Both the position numbers and the translations under genes were made by a program. Below are positions 54,192 to 64,000 of a DNA stretch of 64,000 bases, in pieces. Source of the DNA: Lytechinus pictus. Taxonomy: Eukaryota. A model generated the notes under the pieces. That model saw only the letters and a program-made list of their open reading frames with translations. It did no database searches and was not told the origin of the DNA. How positions within the stretch are numbered: the first letter of the stretch is position 1; each line of letters starts with the position of its first letter. The stretch covers positions 21,702,001-21,766,000 of the forward strand of contig NC_087252.1 in assembly GCF_037042905.1 (NCBI RefSeq), written 5' to 3'.

Positions 54192-55518
54192 TGGATAGTC
54201 GAAAGAAGGAACGCAAACCGTCACATCCCGCCGTACCGATATAAAACGTATTGAAACGTATATTTATTCGATCTGTTTGAACAAAATAAAAAACAATAAT
54301 AAGTATTTTGTTTACACAAAATGAATTCATGATTCAGTTCACAGTAAATCAATAAATACAATTGCTTTATAAACTGCATCTTGTTTCACGTGTAATTATT
54401 TAACTGTTGTTCTCATACATGAATGATCATTGTCTATTGTCTTTTAAACCAATGTAATCACGATTATGAAACCGAATTGTTATCGAAATAATGATTATAA
54501 TTCACATCTGTTTCCTCAAATAATAAACAGAGATTTTTCAATCCTTTTACTTGAAATTAGTCATAACTTTCTTTAACTCTCAATTTGTTGTCCAGCTATA
54601 CATATTGATTTAAGTAACTGCTTATCTTGCATAATTATAACATAATTCTACTTTATCATAACAAGGCAAAGCTTATATATGCATTCGGTTTCTATTTCTT
54701 TTCACAAACAGTAACAATTGGCTACTACATTAAATAATTCCTTTGCCAGTAATTAAAATACAACACGTCTTTTCGTTTGTAAATATAAACGCAATAACCA
54801 AATACTTTTCTTCATACATCAATGAAGTTAAACATTCACTTGATTCCGAAATGATTTGACCCTAAATCAAAACTTGTTTTGATTTAGTGTTCATAAGTTT
54901 ATCTATTTATGCAAATACTAATCTGCTCTGTTATATCAAAAACATTACTATTTTCCTTTTCATTTTGCAAATAATAAGCTCTTAATACAAACATACAATT
55001 TACACTTTGGTGGATCAACACTTAATTAGCATAATTCATTATGAATCTAGATAAAAAAAACAGAAAACCGGAAATCCGAAACCAGAAACCGGAAACCGGG
55101 CCGAAAACCTAAACGCCCTGCTGTTATTGCTAAACCGGGCAAATTGAGACATTTTAAATTGAATTTATCCAACTTGTCAGACAAAATATGAAACATATCA
55201 AAGATTAAATGAATTCCAGAACACTTACTCTTTTCTGGCGGGACATAAAACCACGTTTAAATCACGTTAAACAACATGAATTTCCCCAAACTTCGGAGAC
55301 CGATACAGGCGTCTGACTCCTGAACCTTCTTTAAAATGGAGTGCGACACGTCACCTTTGTACAGAGCTCCGCTTAGCTTAGCGGGCTTAATTTGCATAAC
55401 AAAAAGAAATGTGTTTCATTCTACGGTATCCTAAGTAAATGAGGGGAAATAAATTCAAATAATTAAATATTTCAAATATTGGTATTAAATGCAAACAATC
55501 TTTTCGCTGGGCGAAACA
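54192..55518 (-). repeat. 5' LTR (1327 bp)
   Basis: Direct repeat of 49248-50574. It lies 57 nt upstream of the ORF start codon on the minus strand. Confidence 0.97.
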
Positions 55519-55605
55519 ATAATAATATAATGATAATAATAATAATAGTAATAATGATAATAATTCATATTCATATAGCACTTTACATAAAAGTTTCAGA
55601 GCGCT
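55519..55605 (-). mobile_element. L2/SINE-type 3' tail whose (TTA)n end was the BEL insertion target
   Basis: The minus strand reads AGCGCTCTGAAACTTTTATGTAAAGTGCTATATGAATATGAA followed by (TTA)n-like sequence. The (TAA)-like run continues on the other side of the retrotransposon (49232-49247). Confidence 0.45.
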
Positions 55606-56945
55606 ATTATAGGCCTACAAAATGAAATAGAAAGTTACATGAGAATAACTTCTAATACATAAACAAATTATACAATAATTACAATCATTCATTCAAATAG
55701 AAACACATAATACATACCTTTGCCTTTATTCTTCCTTCAATATTTATTTATTAGATGGCAATTAATTATGCAACATTCTGAGAACAAGAAAGTTTCTACC
55801 CACCCCCTCCCCTTCCCCTTTCATTCTCAATCCAATATGTAAAAAAGTTAGAAATTGATTGAAGTGGATTAATAATGCAGACACTAAGGAGAGATACATC
55901 CAAAGAATTTCATAATAAAGAGATTGCTTTCAGTAGCACAACAAACAAAGACCTGCAAAGAGAGTCTTAATACAAGATACACCACACTAAATCACTGAAC
56001 TACAGGTCAGTCGTGACAAGGGTATAAACACATCATAAAAATATTCATCAACTGGCCATTGCAATTCTCCCTAAAGCCCATATGGTCTGAATATTCCAGA
56101 AAATAAAGATATATTAAGTTCTGTGATTTATTAGCGTGGTTGTACAGAGAGTTAAATATTTGGAGCATAAAATTTTCATTCCAAGCACATTTATCATAAT
56201 CTATTCATGCAGTATTTCAAAATAATTTCCCTGGTTAGAGGTGTAATTAGAAATCATAAATTTTCTTGTTACCATGCAATAAATTACAAGGAACCTTGAA
56301 ATTGTCAATTTTTACATCATATTTTTTTCGAAATTGTTGATTATTTTATGATTAACTGTGCACCAAATCAATCTCAAATTGCAAACCATCTCAATTTATG
56401 TAGCTAAGATACAGGAATTTTTCATCAAACATTTTGAGAAGGATTTTAATAAATCGCAACTCTTTTTAACACAGGGCACAGAAGTTTTATGTGTTTATTG
56501 TTCAACCTTTAGCTCTATGGTTCAACAATGATGTTCATGTATGTTTATAGGCTCGTGTGTACGTGATTTTACCACCCCAATATGTCATCAGCCCTATCAG
56601 AGCTACAGATCAAACAAAATTATACGATTGCCTTTTCCTCTTTACTCTTTTTTATCTCTACCACTCTCAATTACCTCCTCACAAAATACTCACAATGTTG
56701 ATTAAATGCCAATCAAATTCAAACTATGGTGGTGTATTTTCAAGGTCATCTTGGGCAGTGTTGAATGATTATTTGAAATATTGCATCCTATTACAGCAAT
56801 CTGAAATTTTATTTTGTTACTATCTTTCATTTTCATAGTTTCTTTCTCTTTCAGCTCTGGAGACTTCTACCTTACTCAGTAATTCTCTTACGCCTTTCTC
56901 CCTTTTTTTTGCCTTTTCTGTATTTTCATTACTCTTTTTCTTATT

Positions 56946-57345
<400 letters not shown>

Positions 57346-58272
57346 ATCAATCAATTCCATTATACAATGTACATCCATTCATACATTGTACCTGCCTATC
57401 TATCCATCCATTTGTCCATCTTTTTTTCCTTCTATCAATCCATCTGTGAACCTTCTACTTCTTTTCCTCACTGCCCACTTTACCTCTTCAATCCACCAAG
57501 CCCATGTCCACTTCCAATCTCTTCTTTTAGACACAAATCTTCCATCTGAAAGAATGTTCTTTCACCCCTTCCCTCGTTCCATCACTCGTCCTCTCTTTCC
57601 TCCTCTCTCTCTTCTCCTCTCCCTTGTTTCCCCATACCACCACCACCACCGACCTGTTCTTCTCGTTGCCATACCGGGTTTGAAGTTCCTTCGATGACGT
57701 ACATCCTTCTTTTGTTCTCCCCCTTATCGGGAGCGAACTTGGCAGAGTTAATTCCGCGAGTGTTTTTGTCGTTGGTGTCTAATTCACACCTCGTTAGCGC
57801 CGAGCCGTGCCCTCTCTCAGTTCGCACCTAATCACGCAAAATTTCGCCAGAATTAGCGTTAATTTGGACTAGCCTTCATCCTTGGTTATGGCACTCATCA
57901 ATTCCAACTTAAACATTACTTTTTTCCGGCGTTACTTGAACTTGCAGAGCTTGCCTTTGTTCACAGTTTGCCCTCTGTTGAACATCTATGCATCTCTAAT
58001 GAGGGGGCTCTGTTTATTGGTATTTTCCATCGCATAGTTCGCAAGTGCACTGCCATTCTTTATTATTCATTACATTCGTCTCCAATCACATTTAGTATTC
58101 ACATGCACTTTCCTGTTCGGTGCATTTCTCTCAAATAGATTTAGGCTTATGGTATTCACTCATTTTCCTTTTTATTCTTTGGATTTACCTGTATCTGTCT
58201 CTATCCCCCTCTGTTTAATTTCATTATATTCATTCCTCTTATCATACATTTCTGCCTTTTCATGTGTTCCAA

Positions 58273-58421
58273 CACTATTTGAATTGTTGCTATGCAAGTC
58301 AATACGCTATTTGAATTGTTGCTATTCAAGGCAATTCACTATTTGAATTGTTGCTATGCAAGGCAAACACTATTTGAATTGTTGCTATTCAAGGCAATTC
58401 ACTGTTTTGAACTGTTGCAAT
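58273..58421. repeat. Minisatellite, 31-32-bp unit, about 4.7 copies
   Basis: The unit is CACTATTTGAATTGTTGCTAT(G/T)CAAGGCAA(TT), arranged head to tail with no spacers; the G and T variants alternate. Confidence 0.92.
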
Positions 58422-61400
58422 ATCAGGAAGGACAAATGCCACCAATCTCAAATTAAAATTTGTAATCAACACCATTGTAAAGTTATGGAAATCAAATTTT
58501 TGCTGAGCTCTGGCCTCCCATCAAAATATTTGTATTTAGAACTGTGTCTTTCCTTCTTTTTTCTTCACTTTGTTAAGAGTGACACCTCCAATTATTCCTG
58601 GAATATTATGGCAATAAAATAAGAAGTGAAAGATCTTTCTTCATGCCCTTTTTTTAAGAAAAGAATTATCAAAATTCCTCAGAGACAGCTCCAAAAACAG
58701 ATACCCTATTATTTCAATGAGTCAGATTTAAATCAACACAAACCATGGAGCTTTCCCTGGTTTAGGGTGGACTGGTGATCATATTTCATGGGACTCCTCA
58801 CTGTGACACCTATGGTGAAGAGGTGTGATGAAACTGGTGTAATGGGAACACCAGTCTCTCTGTGGGATACACAGGGAGACCACCTAGGACCATGCGTAGT
58901 CACCTAACATTCATATCTCTGTTGGAATTTTACCCATTCAGTGCCACAGATAGTTATACGTATGTAAATATACATACACTATTCCCCTATGAATGGGATA
59001 CACAAAATATAACCATAGAGTAAATGATAACAAGACCTTTTCCTTAGTATATCTACTGTTACTCTTTGACACATTTCCAATGTATGTTGTATCATGAATG
59101 AATACTGATTTGATTGCGCAATCAATTGTGATGTAACTTTTCCTAAATCTTTTTTTTACTATTAAGTCTTTATAAATATCGATGTCAATTTGTATGGTAT
59201 GTTGAAATAATTGTTGCAAACATACAACAAAGACAATACCCTTATCTTCAATCAACATAGGAATATAGGAATGCAGTGTCAACTTGAAGTCATTTTTGAA
59301 TTCATCTAAATAGTGAAGTCTAAGAAACTTCAGGATGGAATGGCTAAATCACCCCTTAGAATGGCCAATGAGTAACAGCGATTATTTCAAAGGGTGTAAA
59401 TGATTTTATCCCTTGGCCCTTCTCCACCCTATGTAATTTTACAATGAAGGACTACTTTGTGTGTAACATTGCAAGCTTTGACCCCAAACTGCACTCTTTG
59501 TGAAATTAACAAGTTTAAAGTTGGTAGAACCGTACTTTTACCTTGAAAAACATTGATGCGTTGAAAATTGCGATACACTATAGTTTTCATTGCTGGTGGG
59601 CTACACCTGAAAATAGATATTCACCTCTTTTCCATATAAATGCTAAATTACACTTCCTATTCTTTGTGAAACTAAACAAACATACATTTATCATTTTCTG
59701 TAATTTACCAGCACAATTTGATAACAATGCTTGCATAATAGTAGGTGACATCTGTAATTCATTGCTTGCTTTTGATAGCAATTTCATATACTTTCATAAT
59801 GAACATTTATCATTTGTTACAAAGGAGCTATGGACATCTATCTTCTTTGTAAACCAATTTTGCTGTCTCGGTCCACTCGGACCGGCATGGTAGCGGCTAC
59901 TGCTGATCGGTTAAACATAGCCCCCTCATATAGTGATATAGACACATCCAATATCGTGGGGAAATAAATTTAGCGGAGGGATAGGGCATTCTGGTAGAAA
60001 AACAGGACTTTATTGCTTCCGTCATATGATGTTATATGTACACACATCTTATGAGATAGGACATAAGTGAAAAATGTCAACGGCCGTAGTTGGGATGAAA
60101 TAAGACAAGGAGTTCTTCAATAACATGGTGTCATTTTAAAGACGGGCTGTTTTTAGCCATGTGAGTTATGTTGTTCAAGGTGCAAGCTTTGAAATGCAAT
60201 ATTAAGAATGTACAGCTAAGCCTCTGGAATATGTTTTCATCACAAGAGTAGGTAATATTCTCAGTGGAAGTGAATGCAGCAATATGTACATATGAGAAAG
60301 GTTGAGGTCAATTGGCATTTCATGGGTTTTATGATTTCTTTTGAATTATTTGACATTATTATAGTGGGATATTCATTACACAGGTCAATATGGGGAACAT
60401 TTCATAAAGAGGTTCGGTAGGGGTTTTCACATACTCATTCACTCTCAGCCAATCAAATGCAAGAATTTTCAGTAGCTTATAACATCAAAACTTTTTTTTA
60501 AAAGACACGCCCCCTGGTTAACTTGTTCCATACATGTATTGCTATTATCGTTCAGAAAATTGTTTCTCCTGATAATATTTTCTCTACAAAGAGTAAAACT
60601 TAAAAGAATGTTTGAGTAAATATAAATAGTCCTGTTACACTGCTGCATACAGAGAAATTGATTTTAATCAAAGCTGTCTTCATAAGATTTGAACATGTTA
60701 TCAAGTATTAAAAACCAATACTGTGCTCTTAATTTATTGTGCGAACAAGCGAGCTGCACGTTAATGCGTTGTCGAACATTGCCCAGTCGTAATCATACAT
60801 CTTATGAAAAACTTCCACTTTGACCGTCTTAGGAAGATCGAAATATGGTTTGGTTTTTAAGCAAGGTTGAACCTTATACTGTCATTGTGCTTTAAAGTTA
60901 GGCCTAACTATTTGCCTTGGAAAAGGTTTCTAAATCACATAATATTATCTTGGAATAGGGCCTGTTTTTACAAACTATGGTAACTTCATTATAACCACTG
61001 GCCCTGTTAAACATTTTTTTTGCGCGCTGATGTTGCAATCTTGAACATTCGTACAATTAAATTCAACAATCGTAATAATTAGCTTTCTCCTCTACCTTCA
61101 AATTAGATAAGCTAATAAAAGGCAATAGATCTTGGATAACATCTATATAATGATAATAAGTACCAATGGTACAATATGGACATCTTGAATTAAAAAAATA
61201 ACATGGAACAATTGTCATTATTTTTCCCCCAAAATTAATTCAGCATGCAACTAGCATGCAAAGAGTTAAACAATAATTTTTTATTGTCAGCCTATGCCTT
61301 AAATAGAAATAATACATTTAAATATGAACAGGGCTCGCTGCAATGTCAGCAAACACCAGAAGTGTGGACAGATACTAGAGTACATGCTGTTCTCTTTCCC

Positions 61401-61621
61401 TCATGGTGGACGAATATTGCTATTGTCATCTGTGATGGGGGATATATGAAGTACAGATGCTGGGCTTTTGAAGTACATTTGATGATATATGGACGGACAT
61501 ATCAATACCGAGCCGCCGATAATGTGAGCTAATCAGGATGTGTTTACACTGACTCTTTCATGTTGATGCCATTCACACTGTCTATTCTTTTGTATTTTGC
61601 GTAATTTTGTGTAATAGAAAT

Positions 61622-61826
61622 CAGGGGCGGATCCAGGATTTTTCGAAAAGGGGGCACAATTTCCTGAGGAAAAATTTGACAAGCAAAAAAAAAAGAAAAA
61701 AAGTTCTTCACTTATGAAAGGGGGGGGGGGCACACTTCTGTTTTAACATTACAAATTTTAATTTTGCCTCTCAAAGGGGGGGGGGGACACGGGTTGGCTG
61801 TGCCCCCCCCCCTGGATCCACCAGTG
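61622..61826. mobile_element. hAT-like MITE (205 bp)
   Basis: TIR CAGGGGCGGATCCAGG versus CACTGGTGGATCCAGG. The 8-bp flanks ATAGAAAT and ATGGGAAT match at 6/8. Confidence 0.7.
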
Positions 61827-64000
61827 ATGGGAATAAACTTCTCCTATGATTACTGTTGATGGTAAATAAACTTGAATGAAGTACATACATTTGATGAAAA
61901 TTAATGTTCGATTATCAATATAATTGATTATCAGTTCATTCTGTAACCATGGACCTAGCAGGTCCATGCTGTAACTGTTCATTTTTTTAAACGCAAGTTC
62001 TGGCTCTGAAGCCAGATAAGGATACAAATATGGATATTCATGAAATTTTGTTTTTGCTAGATAATGATCTTTAGGCGCTAAATTAATGAATAAATGGATG
62101 GATGAATAAATGTTCCATTTAAGGAATGAATAGATGAATGGATATTAAAGTTGAATCATCAAATGATAAATGAATTAATATGTAGGCCTAACTAAATAAC
62201 TAAAAGAATGAATAACTTCAATAAAATACGAACCTCTTTATATTTTGAATAATTAAGAAATATATTACAAGAGAATTCAATATATTCTCAGATTAATATG
62301 TAAAGAGAAGCACCAAAGCTTGTGAAAGAACACAGATCATGTCAGAATGTACTCCAGACCTGTAATATTTAACTTTGATCTTGTTTAGCTAACTCTAATC
62401 CCATAAGAATTAACTTTAATTTTAATACAAAATTGCTTTCGTTCAGTGGAAACACACCAAGAGCCCTCGCCCACATCTGGCTGTGAATGGCGGCCATCTG
62501 ATGAGTCGTGTTTATTCTAATTTGTCGAACATTTTGTCCAGAACAATTCACCCCATGTATGTCTGCCACGACCAGATGGTATAACCTAGAACATCTTTCC
62601 TCGTCTTAAAGGAAGACTGCCCCATCCATCTTCTCAGCTCAGAAATTACATTTTACTTTTACCTTTTTGATATAAATATAGACCTAGATAATTGTAGAGT
62701 CTGGTAGTATGATTCTTGTCGTGGTTCAATGAAAACCTTGCTATTATCGTCCTATTAAATACTGCATTCTCATTAAGCTTTCAAAGTCACTAGTTTAGTC
62801 CAGATGGTAAAGGATATTTAAGGATAAAATATTAAAGCATCCTTTAACAAAACAATGATTGATCAGTATATTATGCCCCTCTTCACCCAGGTGTAGCTGA
62901 GTACCTGGCTGGGGACAAGAGACCATTGTTTTATGACAGTGGACCAATTTATGTGATTTCCTCCTTAATTCCTGCCGTTGGATTGGCTAAGAGAAACTTT
63001 GTCTTAGACGTGTAGTTATTAATTACAAGATTCATGAATCAGAGCCAGTTTACTGATGAAAAAATAATAAATCTTCAGATATTTAACCTGAATTTCAAAA
63101 TGATGTCTAATCATTCTTAAAAGTCAATAAAATATTTAGAAATTAGTTTATGGATACAGAAGTGTTCATATTGATCAATCTATTAATATAAACTTTCAGA
63201 GCTCTCATATCACTGTTGGACCATACATGTTACACTTCGCTTGATTCAATCTGTTGGCAAAATTATACATTTGTACAGATGGAATACAAGAAAAAACAAT
63301 ATTTTGGTGGATTACTTTTATTTTTGAACTAGCTTTTTTCAACAGTGAAACCCATTCATTCTTTCTGAATCCTCTTTGCTTAGCATTGAGAAAAAACATA
63401 TTAAGTAAAACCTTTGCCCCATTTCTCGCAAAAAATTGTGAATAGTGAGATTGTTCCTGAAAAGCAAGCAAAAAAAATGTATCACAGTAGCTGTGTTTAA
63501 AGAACCGTCTTTACATATTTTCTGAAGAGAGTGCATACCAAATGTAATTCAATTCAAAATCTGGTTGAGGCAAGTGCAGAATAAATCTTTATTAGGCAAA
63601 AGAATTTCTTCTTGATAGGGAAGAATGTGAGCAGAAGGCAAAGAATGTGTAGAATTGTGTATAAAATAGCGTTTTATACACCCAAATAACCTGAATACAA
63701 AGAATTTGCCTCAATTCTAAAGATATCCATCCAAACTTGTAACAGAACTCCTATTTTGTGGCCTGAATGATGAAGAACTGAATTGTGTCTGTCGAAGGCA
63801 GCGCTGAACAGCACTCGAATTCATGTCCTTTAATTGATTTAGGCAGCTCAACCTTAAACAGTGACTTTAAGCCTGGGCCATCGGTGTGGCAAATCGCTTA
63901 TCGTTTTGCCAATTTGAGCGATCTTCTGTGCTGCGTCACAGGTTTGTTTTGGTGCATGGGTGCTCCAAACTCCAAAGGTGCTACAAAAAGTGTATTTTGA

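Larger units (their letters stand above)
49248..55518 (-). mobile_element. BEL/Pao (Belpaoviridae) LTR retrotransposon, internally deleted, recent insertion (6271 bp)
   Basis: Two 1327-bp direct repeats with TG...CA ends, a 5-bp TSD ATAAT (49243-49247 and 55519-55523), a PPT, and an ORF carrying Pao-type Gag, protease and integrase-flanking motifs. Confidence 0.97.

Noticed and set aside
58273..58421. CRISPR-like 31-32-bp repeats
   Set aside because: The units are head to tail with no unique spacers, there are no cas genes, and the context is eukaryotic; it is a minisatellite.
63843..63941. Possible phase-1/phase-1 99-nt second exon (GSSTLNSDFKPG...CCVT)
   Set aside because: It is frame-compatible with the 38589 donor, but the acceptor lacks a good pyrimidine tract, the donor (GTTTGT) is weak and the peptide is unrecognisable; RNA data would be needed.

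Overview
AT-rich eukaryotic genomic DNA that is almost entirely non-coding. It is probably from an animal; the repeat types suggest a marine invertebrate such as a sea urchin, which is my inference only. There are no prokaryotic operons, rRNA genes, intact tRNA genes or CRISPR arrays. The main feature is a very young BEL/Pao LTR retrotransposon on the minus strand (49248-55518). It has two 1327-bp LTRs that look identical by eye, a 5-bp target duplication (ATAAT) and a polypurine tract. Its single 1061-aa ORF keeps Gag, the zinc knuckles, the protease and the integrase N- and C-terminal parts, but has lost reverse transcriptase, most of RNase H and the integrase DDE core through two in-frame deletions. 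It therefore appears to be a recently mobilised non-autonomous element that still encodes Gag-protease. Its LTR holds an Oct-Sox-like composite site and a putative 956-nt intron, and no canonical tRNA primer-binding site follows it. A second notable structure is a nested stack: a TTAA-flanked Kolobok-like element (29440-33147) contains a Mutator-like element (30345-32573; 75-bp TIRs, 9-bp TSD), which carries about 1.5 kb of (GATA)n-derived repeat. The only credible host-gene trace is a signal-peptide-like first coding exon (38478-38589, + strand) after about 3 kb of repeat-poor, CpG-richer sequence. The rest is MITEs, SINE/LINE remnants, micro- and minisatellites, palindromes and possible cis-regulatory islands. 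All alignments were done by eye.
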